A stretch of DNA of 64,000 nucleotides from Phoronis australis. Lineage: Eukaryota; Animalia; Phoronida. The translations under genes and the position numbers were made by a program. The stretch covers positions 39,106 to 103,105 of the forward strand of contig NMRA01000375.1 in NCBI GenBank assembly GCA_002633005.1. The letters run 5' to 3'. Below, piece after piece: positions 40,541-50,072 of the stretch (position 1 is its first letter; each line of letters begins with the position of its first letter). The notes under the pieces were generated by a model. That model searched no databases. It saw nothing but the letters and a program-made list of their open reading frames with translations, and was not told the origin of the DNA.

Positions 40541-41020
40541 TTTCGGCGGTTTGTCTACAGGGGGCCTTATAATGCCCTGTCATATTAATCTCTCCTTTCG
40601 GCGGTATTCTCAACGAGGTTCTTTCCTCATGGGATTATTATATCCCCGTATTCGTCTCCTCTACAATTCTTTCATTTTCGGCGGTTTTCCCTCAGGGAGG
40701 CTTAATCCCTGCGAACTATACATTATTTCGGCGGTTTCTTGAAGGTTTTTCTCCTTGTTCTAGCTTACGTAGCCCCCTAGTTAAACCTCTATCCCTCCTA
40801 GGGATTGTACCTCTTGTTTCCACTTTTTAATACCTCGCTCGCTCAATTCCATTTCGGCGGTTTGCCTGCAGGGGGCCTTACAATACCCTGTTCTAACCAC
40901 TACTTTCGGCGGTGTTTCCACGACGAGGTTCTTGCTTCCCTCTCGGGATGATTATATCCGCTGTACTTCCCATTTTCTACTCATTTCCCTTTGGCGGTTG
41001 TCCCCGCACAGGGGTCGCCA
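40541..41020 (+). repeat. Array of seven TTT(C)GGCGGT motifs, most followed by hairpins
   Basis: Motif at 40541, 40596, 40676, 40726, 40852, 40904 and 40990; ~310-bp higher-order duplication. Confidence 0.9.
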
Positions 41021-41071
41021 CCCTGGGTTTTTCCCCCGGTGGTCTACTCAGTATGTTTTTCCTTTTCCAGC

Positions 41072-42067
41072 ATGGCACCCAAGAAAGCCACCAGGGCATC
41101 CACCCGCAAGTCTGCAAGTCCCTTCGCGCGTCCTCCACCAGCGCTTCCAGCAACATCCGAAATCCAGCCATCGCCGCCCGTCATTGACTATGCTAAGCTG
41201 GTTGCAGAGTTGAAACGACTTTATGACGCAGATTCTGCCGCTCCGCCGCCCACCGTTAGCCAGCCGCTGGACCCGTCACCTCCGGTCTACCCCTCCCAGC
41301 CGACGTTCACCGCTCCACCTTCAGCCTCCGATGCAACTACCATTCCGTCTCCGTCTTTTTCGGGTATTGACCCTTCTTCAAATAATTTGTATGTGTCGTT
41401 GCCTCTGGGGTTTCATGTCGACTCCAAAACTCCTCAACGCATCTTCAACAACGAGTTCATTGACTTTTCTTCTCTCCTTTCAGGTGAGCCATCCGCCTCC
41501 TCCACTCCCTCTATCTCCATCTCCTTCACCGGTAACACTCCCGTCTTTTCCAGCTCCGCACGTCCAAAGGCCATCTCATTCATACTTCAGTGGACCCAGG
41601 CCTTCAATATTTTCCAGTCCATCCTGGTCCAGAAGTTTCCACAGGATGCTCCTAAGCTCCCAAAGTATTCGACCATAGTTCATGACTGCAACACACACTA
41701 CGGCCTTTCTGCAGCCTTGTTTTATGATACCCATTTCAGGAAATTCCGGTCTTCTTTCCCCTTCGAGTGGGACCACATCCACTGGGACCTGTGGCGCCAA
41801 GTTTGCCTCAAGTTCAACAAGATCCAACGTCACCCAACCAACACCTCCACATTTTTTCGAGGCCCCCGTGCCCAAACCCCTAACCCCAACTCTTTCCCCA
41901 CAGGTATCTGCTGGAAGTTCAACGACCAGTCCTGCAACCTTCCCCTCTGCCGATACCAGCATTGTTGTGGCTTCTGCGGCGTCAACCACCCAGCGCGGTC
42001 ATGCACCTCCAAAGCCACCAACCTACCTGCCAGGTATCCCAACACCCGTAAAAGTAAGCAAACTTAA
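41072..42067 (+). CDS. Ngaro ORF1, gag-like protein with C-terminal Cys/His zinc fingers
   Basis: ATG at 41072 (MAPKKATRAS...); Pro/Ser-rich N-terminus; EFIDFSSLL, WTQAFNIF, YDTHFRK motifs; CWKFNDQSCNLPLCRYQHCCGFCGVNHPARSC. Confidence 0.8.
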   Translation: MAPKKATRASTRKSASPFARPPPALPATSEIQPSPPVIDYAKLVAELKRLYDADSAAPPPTVSQPLDPSPPVYPSQPTFTAPPSASDATTIPSPSFSGIDPSSNNLYVSLPLGFHVDSKTPQRIFNNEFIDFSSLLSGEPSASSTPSISISFTGNTPVFSSSARPKAISFILQWTQAFNIFQSILVQKFPQDAPKLPKYSTIVHDCNTHYGLSAALFYDTHFRKFRSSFPFEWDHIHWDLWRQVCLKFNKIQRHPTNTSTFFRGPRAQTPNPNSFPTGICWKFNDQSCNLPLCRYQHCCGFCGVNHPARSCTSKATNLPARYPNTRKSKQT

Positions 42068-43586
42068 ACCTCTCCTTTTAGGCTACGACTCCCTTTCGAC
42101 TACGGAGCTTATCAATGGTTTCATTTTTGTTTTCAGACTCGGCGCCTCCCCGATATGTCACTCCAATCCCCCCACCAACCACCCATCAGCTCTCCGTAAT
42201 CGCGAAGTTACCTTTCAGAAAATACAGACTGAGGTTCTGCTGGGTCGCTATGCCGGTCCCTTCACATCCCCCCGTTCCCCCTTTTCTCTTCGTCACCCCT
42301 TGCCCTCATCCTTAAATCTCACCCTAACAGTTTTCGTCTCAGTCATAACTTGTCATATCCATCTCGTCACTCTAACTTAGTTAACTCCCTCATACACCCT
42401 CAATTCTCCCACGTCCAGTACAAATCCATCACGGACGCTATCCGCCTGGTTCAATGGTTTGGGCGCCACTCCCTCATGGCTAAGACTGACATCAAGGACG
42501 CTTTTTGCATCGTACCGGTGCACCCTGACAACTACCACCTCTTAGGTCTCTCCTGGGCTAACAACTTTTACTGCGACAGGTGCCTGCCATTTGGCTGTGC
42601 CTCCAGCTGCAACATCTTCGAAAAGATGAGTTCTGCGATTCAATGGATCCTGGAAACCAAGTTGAAGGTCGCCGGCGTTTCGCACTACCTCGATGACTTC
42701 TTTTTCGTGGGCCCCCCCCATCCTCGCCAACATGCTCCCGGGACCTCGCCGCATTCATATCACTCTGCGACTCCCTAGGCATCCCTATCAACCACGACAA
42801 GACAATTCAGCCGACCACCTCCATCACCATTTATGGCATCCACCTCGACTCTGCCACCATGACTGCTTCTCTCCCACAGGACAAGGTGGACAGAGCTTCC
42901 AACCTCCTCCTCGACTTCCAAAAGCGCCGCAAGGTTACTCTTCGCGACCTCCAATCCCTCATTGGTCTACTAAACTTCGCCTGCTCCGTCATCGTGCCCG
43001 GCCGCGCCTTCCTGCGCCGACTCATCAACCTCACCATCGGCATTTCGAGACCAGACCACTTCGTCACTCTCAATAAAGAAGCTAGAGCTGACCTTCGGGC
43101 TTGGTCTATCTTTCTCCGAGGCTTCAATGGGAAAACACTGTTCCTATTCGACGAGTGGACATCTTCAGACACCATCAAACTGTACTCTGATGCTCAGGGC
43201 TCCAACGGGGGTTTTGCTGCGACATTGGGAGCTTCCTGTTTGCCTGCCCGTGACCCGAGCACCTGCAACGCCATCACATCACCTTCAAGGAACTCCTTCC
43301 TATCGTCATAGCGCTAGAGCTGTGGGGTTCAAAGCTCGCCAACCACAAGATCCTCTTCCTGTGCGACAACCGTGCTGTCGTTGACATTATCAACAAGACC
43401 TCCTTCCGCCACGCCCCCATTATGTCTCTTGTTCGTCGTCTGGTCATCTTCGCTCTTACCTTTAATGTTCATTTTCGGGCAAAACATATCCCCGGCTACA
43501 CTAACATCATCGCTGATGCAGTTTCCCAGGGTTCTTGGCTCAGCCCTCATCCGACACCTATCCCGCCGCACCTCCTGACAGAGTGA
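42000..43586 (+). pseudogene. Ngaro ORF2 reverse transcriptase + RNase H (frameshifted)
   Basis: EVLLGRYAGPF; MAKTDIKDAF, LPFGCASS, HYLDDFF; LQSLIGLLNFA..PGRAFLRRL; LYSDA; ELLPIVIALELWG..CDNRAVV; HIPGYTNIIADAVS, spread over several frames. Confidence 0.9.
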
Positions 43587-44491
43587 CCAGACTGCTCCGG
43601 GCTTCCCTGGCCCCCTCCACTCTTCAGTCCTACACCCGCATCCTGCATAACCTCGCACAATTTCACGTCTCCTCTAACAACTCTCCGCTCACCTTGCCCA
43701 TTAATACCTCTTTCCTGGCCCACTACATCTCTCATCTCTTCGAATCTGGCCTTAATAGCTCGTCTATCCAGTCCTATGTCTCTGCCATTAGTTTTATTCA
43801 CAAGCTTGACAACCTCCCTGACCCCACTTACTCCTTTTTCATCAAAAAAATCCTCAAAGGCGCTTCCAATCTGCGCCCTTCTTCTGACACACGCATGTCC
43901 ATTACTTCCGCTTTGCTTCACCGCTTGTTTGACGCCTGCCCTTCTGCACTCGGCTCTTTTGCCGACTCGGTTCTCGCACGTGCTATGTTCCTCCTAGCCT
44001 TCCATGCCTTCCTCAGGGTTGGTGAATTCACAGTCACCTCCTCGCTCTCCTCCCACATCATACAGGTCAGCGACATCGTCTTCCCCCCTTCTGGCGATTC
44101 TGTGGTCATCACTATGCGTACCTTCAAGCACAGCTCGGGACCAGTCTCACTTACAATTCCGTCCAGCCAATCTCCCCATTGCCCAGTAGCTGCCCTAACC
44201 TTGTTCTTGTCTACTTTTCAGCCCTCTCCTGGCCCCTTCTTCCAACACCTCAGGGGATCACCGGTTACACGTTCTTGCTTCAACTCCATGTTAACTAAAG
44301 TGGTTTCCTTTGTAGGACTCGACACCAAGTCTTATACGTCACATAGCTTTCGCATTGGCGCCGCCACCTCTGCGGCAAGCCGTGGCGTCCCTGAACCGGT
44401 GATCCAGCGCATGGGGCGCTGGAAATCTGACGCACTAAAAAACTACATGTACATTCGCATGTCTGCTTTTCCTCTTCCCCAGGCTTCTTGA
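43535..44491 (+). CDS. Ngaro ORF3 tyrosine recombinase (phage-integrase fold)
   Basis: Open 318-aa frame (true start uncertain); LAPST..SY SAM-like region; catalytic FLRVGE (R), FKH (K), HSFRIGAAT (HxxR), GRW, KNY (Y). Confidence 0.9.
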   Translation: MAQPSSDTYPAAPPDRVTRLLRASLAPSTLQSYTRILHNLAQFHVSSNNSPLTLPINTSFLAHYISHLFESGLNSSSIQSYVSAISFIHKLDNLPDPTYSFFIKKILKGASNLRPSSDTRMSITSALLHRLFDACPSALGSFADSVLARAMFLLAFHAFLRVGEFTVTSSLSSHIIQVSDIVFPPSGDSVVITMRTFKHSSGPVSLTIPSSQSPHCPVAALTLFLSTFQPSPGPFFQHLRGSPVTRSCFNSMLTKVVSFVGLDTKSYTSHSFRIGAATSAASRGVPEPVIQRMGRWKSDALKNYMYIRMSAFPLPQAS

Positions 44492-44500
44492 ACTCCTGGT

Positions 44501-44670
44501 GAGCCTGTTGTTGCAGCTCCCCATTTCTCTCACTTTGCTTTTCAGCCCCTCCCACTCCCCTGGGTCTGTGGTTTCAGCCCCCTAGGTCAGGTCTGTTGTT
44601 GCAGTCGGCCTCCTCCCGTTCGCAGGTCTGTTGTTGCAGACTGTGGCCCAAGGTCTGTAGTTGCAGGCTT
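44501..44670 (+). repeat. Array of five CTG-TTGTTG-CAG hairpins just after the YR stop
   Basis: gagcctgttgttgcagctc; gggtctgtggtttcagccc; ggtctgttgttgcagtc; caggtctgttgttgcagactg; aaggtctgtagttgcaggctt. Confidence 0.85.
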
Positions 44671-45282
44671 CAATTTCTAGTCATTAGTTCTAGTTACCTT
44701 TACTTCCAGTTCGTTATGTTCTTGTTTTTTATATTTTAGACTTATGTATTCTAGTTTTCTGTTATACCGTTATTAGTACCTATATTTTATCATAGTTTAA
44801 CCTTGTTATTGCCCGGGTTCCGCTTCCTCGGATGGGCGATGTCAGCATTCCCGTGCTGCCATTATGGCGTTTTGTCCATGCCCATCTTGCAGAGTCTTAG
44901 TTAGTTTTATCTATTTACGTCATAATAAATGACAGTATTCGCAATCCTCCTCTTGTTTTACTCTGCAACATAGCTCGTGGCGTATCCCTGGCAAAATAGA
45001 TTACGACCAATTAAATTTAACTTGTTAAATGCATTTATCGTCATTATTTTGACATTTGTCTCTTTATTTTGATACCAGTCCTTAGGGTTTATTTTGCATT
45101 ACTCATCTCTATTTATAGCCTCAAGGGCCTACTTTTGTATTCATACATTTCTCTACGCGACACCTGATTGGTCGCCCATATTTCCTTTGTTCAGTTCAAC
45201 GCGGTCTCTCTCATTCAGCCACCTACCTCGTCGTCTACAAGACCTACGTTCGTTCTCGTGAGATAACATTTTGGCGGGATTT

Positions 45283-45348
45283 CGAGGCAGGTTTCGAACC
45301 CGGACCTCAAGAGTTTCGAGTCGCCGACTTTACCACTACACCACTCGT
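45283..45348 (-). mobile_element. tRNA-derived SINE head / tRNA pseudogene
   Basis: Minus strand CGAG-TGGTGTAGTGG (A box) ... GGTTCGAAACC (B box) ... CTCG; anticodon stem does not pair. Confidence 0.6.
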
Positions 45349-45885
45349 GTAAACGTGAAAATAGAATACTTAAATGAGCACGCGCAACAATCGCATGTTC
45401 AGCAAAGGGCATTGTACCGACATTTATACGCTATGAAAAATAAGACGCATAATTTCCATAAAAACGATATTTTAATTCAGTGAAATTTTTCTCTCGTGTT
45501 CTCTCACTTGTAAATCACCAATCTCCAATTTGAATGCGGGTGTCGTGTCGTCGGGATCCCTTGACTTGAGCATTATACTCAGTTAGTAGTGGTAACCTAC
45601 TTTAGCAGACCGTATTTTCCCGGTCGAAGCTTACCGTGATAAAATGTGTAGTAAGCTATAATAGTTGCTAAACTTTAATTTATAGATTCACGTTATTTCT
45701 ATTTTGTTTAAGTTTTCAATTGGTTTTGAGTAAAATCATTATTTGACAAAATTAGCTCATCTTTTCTTAAAAGGTCACGTCCTCCGACCTCGGGCCTCTG
45801 ACATAGAAAGTAGTTGCAAAGCCGAGGCGAGTCGAGAAAGGTAGATCGATTCATTGCAATGTTTCTCCTTCAGTATGTGGTATAA

Positions 45886-46049
45886 ATAGATTATTATATG
45901 TTCTCAGTCGTTACCCCCCTTATCTAGAGCCCTCGTGGATTTTGTAGAATTATCATCTTCGGGGCGAACGCCCCTCGGGCGATAATTCTCCAAAATCCAC
46001 TCGGGCTCTAGATAACGGGGGATAACGACATCACCATGTAATAATCTAT
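45886..46049. repeat. ~165-bp near-perfect palindrome with branched tip
   Basis: atagattatta...gtcgttacccccttatctagagccc.cgtggattttg.agaattatc / gataattctccaaaatccactcgggctctagataacgggggataacgac...taataatctat. Confidence 0.9.
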
Positions 46050-46245
46050 ATATATACAACGTACGTGTTTGCACCAGTGTGTTATTATTTCTCGATTCGT
46101 GATATGCAAAAGTATTTGAATTCAGATTTCAAGACTTTAAATACTCTGTCAAACCATAGAATAAGTTGTCTATAATGTATGGTCAAACGCCTTCGGAAAG
46201 TCGATTCGTAATCAGAAACACCAAAGTATAAATGCAACAAAAATT

Positions 46246-46380
46246 ATGACCGAATATGCTGATCATATTTTTTGTATTTTAGATGATTCGGGTAATGTCT
46301 TTATACAGTGCACTTTGTATGTTCTAAATTTATTTTTCGATATCTCTTGCCTCAGAATCAATGTTGGAAAGACAAAGGCC
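46246..46380 (+). pseudogene. L1/Tx1-type RT fragment (second copy ~57070-57205)
   Basis: EYADHIFCILDD...LNLFFDISCLRINVGKTK; the second copy reads EYADDNFFILDD; YADD and SGL.IN..KT pattern. Confidence 0.6.
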
Positions 46381-46719
46381 GAGTCCGGGAAAATAATTTC
46401 TGTCAGAATTTATTTGCCACATTTTATCAACAATTTCGAAACAAACTGCCTCATTTTGTTTTTTATTAAAGTTAAAGGAGCATGCCACCCAAAAAACAAC
46501 CTAATTTGTATCAATTTAGATCGAGTAGTTCTACGCCATAACGACAAGTGCGGTTGCGTTACCTGACACCTGACGGCAGACGGAGGTGTTGAAATTATCC
46601 AATTACGTCATCGGTTTCACACGCGTTCTGTTCAGCAGTTCACAACACGGGTTACTGGTGTCAGCTTATCGCTTGGAGTCATCGTTTAGCACCAATAAAT
46701 CATCAAACTTCGATGTNTC

Positions 46720-47493
46720 GGGGTTAAGACAGTGAAGCGCCTCATCTGTGACAACACGGGACCACATGGTGAACTTGACGTAGATGCGTTCCAGAGAGCG
46801 ATCTTGCAGTACAGAAACACGCCGGACAAGGATACCCGCCTCTCCCCGGCCATGTGCGTCTTTGGGCGTCCCATCCGGGATTTCATCCCTATCCGCCCAG
46901 GCCGTTACCACCCCCATTCTACCTGGTCAGAAACCCTAGAGTTGCGGGAATCGGCTTTACGACATCGTCATTTCAAATCTGGTGAGCGTTTGTCGGAACA
47001 CACAAAGAAACTTCCACCCTTGGTTGTTGGTGATATGGTCAGAATCCAGAATCAGACCGGCCCCGATCCTCTCAAGTGGGATAAAACCGGCCAAATCATT
47101 GAGGTTAAGCAATACGATCAGTACGTGATCCGGGTACATGGCTCCGGTCGCATCACTCTGCGAAACAGACGTTTTCTTCGCAAATACACCCCTGTGAAAC
47201 CCGCCACCGTACCGTCTGCTCCCACACCACCGCCCGTCACTAGTTCACCACTCCCGACGCCACCCAAGCCCACTGACACCGGGCTTGTCAGTGACACGCC
47301 TCCTGCTCCCCATGTCGAGGACGCCACAACTGACTGCCGATTGCCGCCCAGTCCACCAGCCGAACCCCTCGTGCCTCCGCGTGATGATGCTTGTAATCGC
47401 CCTGCTGACCCGCCACCACCGACCCCCGCCCCCAGGCGTTCGATCAGGACTCGCCAACGGCCGTCTTGGTTAACTGACTTTGTCACGAACTAG
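46720..47493 (+). mobile_element. Gypsy-type LTR retrotransposon 3' fragment: integrase C-terminus
   Basis: AILQYRNTPD...SPAMCVFGRPIRDFIP, L.VGDMVRIQNQ, KWDKTG.IIEV...QYVIRV.GSGRITLRNRRFLR, Pro-rich tail; begins just after an N at 46717. Confidence 0.85.
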
Positions 47494-47548
47494 GACACCG
47501 TTACCTTCCGACATTTATTTAGTCATTTGTGTACCCCCACAAATAACT

Positions 47549-47699
47549 GGGGGGAGGTAGAGAATACTTTGTTCGGCGAACGATAGGTGTCGCTATAGGA
47601 CGTACTTCCGCTACTCGCTTCAACCCACGATTGTGCTGTCGGACTCTTTTATTGGTAAATAAGACTATTGTAAGCCGTATTTCATATAGTAGAACTTTA
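47549..47699 (+). mobile_element. Polypurine tract plus putative 3' LTR
   Basis: GGGGGGAGG at 47549-47557 followed by TAGAG...CTTTA (~142 bp); 3' boundary is inferred. Confidence 0.55.
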
Positions 47700-49304
47700 T
47701 CATATCGTTAGGCTAAGACCTGCTTTTGTTTATTTACAGATCCTCTTCATTCTAATAAAGACGATCTTTGAAATAACTATATGTTTATTTAATTAAGACG
47801 GCAAGAAAGGCTAATTAAATCGGGTGGCATTCGCCTTTAAGGTCTGCGGTCGACTAGTTTACCAAGGTTTGCAGGCTGGTAACAGACACTGCTAAAATCG
47901 CACAGTCGGCGTTCTTAAGCCAAGGTTCCTGAATGAATTATACTTTTAGTTTCGCGGTTAGTTTAAAATGACTGTGTTCATTGGGACGGAATCATGAGTT
48001 ATTTAAACTTTCTTGGACTAAGAATTGTGTATTAGCTGTAGAATAGGTACTGCTCGGTTATTTATAATATCTTCTAATCATTTAATAAGGGTTAAAAACG
48101 TGTGCTGCTAGGATTTCCCACCATGCATTTTCGTAGTGCTTGAGGTTTCTGTTGGCTAATATGAAATGAATACCATAAAATCTCACCAACTAGCCGCGAT
48201 TTATTTTTTAATGTTGAAGAAAAATTGGTTATTTCTAAGTTTCCCGCTAAATGTTGTAATATGTGGAAGACCCTTGGTCACTTTACAATCAATTGTAGTG
48301 GCGGAATACCGATCAGGAGACGAGAACGATTTTGAGCGAGAAGTGGACAATTAGTATGCAGACAGTGAAGAGAGTAGATATGGGTTTTACACTCGAGTAC
48401 TGGAAGAATCAGACAATGAATTCGATTTCCAAAATCAGCGAAATTTCTGAGCAACTTTTCCTTATTTAGGAAATTGGACACAGAGACCATTCTCAGTCAA
48501 ATTGGTGTTACTAGAGCTTCCACAAACGTACCTTTTCGTGTCTGAAAAAGGCGGCTCTCTGTCCACTTTCCTGATAGTTCCTCAGTATCGCACGGGTAAA
48601 AACGACAACGGCGGAGTCGCTCTTCCACCCATTACGGACAGCCTCGATAACAGAAAAATACATATTTTTAATGTTTGGCTTATTTCTTATCAACAGGTAT
48701 AATAAAGGCTATCAAATGTCTTCAGATGTCTTAATAAAATTCGTTTTGAGACACAGAGTCATGCCGGGAACTCTTTAAAGTCAAACCTAGGTAAGTAGAA
48801 GATATTAAAATATCTTTTCTCATTGCAAAATGGCGTCAGAAAAAAGATATTTGTCTGGAACTTGTTGAAATATCCAAATATATCGTTCATCATCCGACGT
48901 TTTCTGTTGTCCTTAGCATCCGGTAGTGTATTTCAATTCATTTAGGCCTTCCAACTAACATAGGTAAAGTTTTTATTTGAACAGTTTAGACAAACTTGTG
49001 TTCAACATTTCAATTACTACTCAGGTGATGTAAACACGTTCACAAAAGTATTTTAAAAGTCTTAAACTGTCCTTGGACAACTCGAGTCATGGAAATAACA
49101 GAGGAAAACCGATAATATATTGATCGGAGGTCAAATATTATATAATTGACCCAACTCATGCAGTTTGACTATCAAGAAAGAAAGAAGACATTGTAGTATG
49201 CATCATATCGTTTAATTTATTTAGTATGGATTTTCACGTTTGAACCCGTCTGGAGACACGTTCTTTACTGGTTCAAGATTCTTAAACATCAGCCCCAGAC
49301 CGGC

Positions 49305-50072
49305 TTAAGCACTCATTTTATTTGCATCTCCCTCGGCGTCCAAAGATGACCCCATTGGGGGACGTACCGCGCGGCGGCTGACTTTGTGAAGGAAAGCCCG
49401 GGAAGAAGCCTTGTCACCCGATGTGTCAGCTTCCGTGTCGCTGAAAAAAAAACAATGAATATTCGATTGCTGTGAAAATTAGAAGTATATGAAACAGCAA
49501 ACATCAAGAAAAATATCGATGACACATACGGCCAACTTGAACTCATGGAAATGTGTGCAGGGTCTAATAGAAGTTACACGCTCTCTAAACACTCTGTTTT
49601 TGCGTAGGCCTAAGTCTACCTTCAGACTGCGTAAAATACGTCTTAATGTGACATTTAGTGAAACACGTTCCCATTGCTTTATCACTAAGTAATTCCATCC
49701 GATTGGTGAGTCATATCATTAACTAGGGGCAGGGCCATGAACCGTGACGTGGGTCAATATGCACTGACTTTCTGACATCTGTGACATCCTTATGTGGCCC
49801 AAGCCGTAGGAACTTTATCTTGTGATTGCAAGTCCACCTAAGTATCATTTTGAAGGTGACTGCAACCAGGCCGACGATCAAAACATTCATTTTTTGTAAG
49901 TACTTGACTGTGTCTTGCTTGACTGTATTTAATTGTTCTGTTTTCATTTGAAATGATTTGAACTAAAACTGCCATAGGAACGTAATATGAATTGCTGGAT
50001 GAGCATTAGCACTCACGTTGCTGAGAGCATTACGGTGACGATCAAAAGGGCAATGATGTATACCGCCTTCAT
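49305..50072 (-). CDS. Putative small secreted peptide precursor (63 aa); join(50072-50017,49440-49305)
   Basis: Acceptor ttttgcag (50110-50108) before ATA-ATG; MKAVYIIALLIVTVMLSA signal-like exon ending AC|gtgagt; next acceptor tttttttttcag|C restores the frame: T-DTEA-DTSGDKASSRAFLHKVSRR-AVRPPMGSSLDAEGDANKMSA*; AATAAA ~85 nt after the stop. Confidence 0.65.

Larger units (their letters stand above)
40510..45260 (+). mobile_element. Tyrosine-recombinase retrotransposon (DIRS order, Ngaro-type); boundaries approximate
   Basis: Overlapping gag-like, RT/RNase H and YR ORFs; no methyltransferase domain between RNase H and YR; strongly C/T-rich plus strand; terminal repeats not resolved. Confidence 0.9.

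Noticed and set aside
40541-41020. Hammerhead ribozymes on the minus strand (..CCGAAA)
   Set aside because: No CUGANGA core positioned before a stem II.
41576-44555. Antisense and alternate-frame ORFs over the retroelement (and 47118-47486)
   Set aside because: Expected shadows of C-rich coding sequence; no motifs.
40510-45260. DIRS1-type inverted terminal repeats/ICR or methyltransferase domain
   Set aside because: Not found by eye; the ORF layout fits Ngaro better.
45283-45348. Functional tRNA genes (also 27602-27667)
   Set aside because: A and B boxes present but stems do not form a full cloverleaf; treated as SINE heads.
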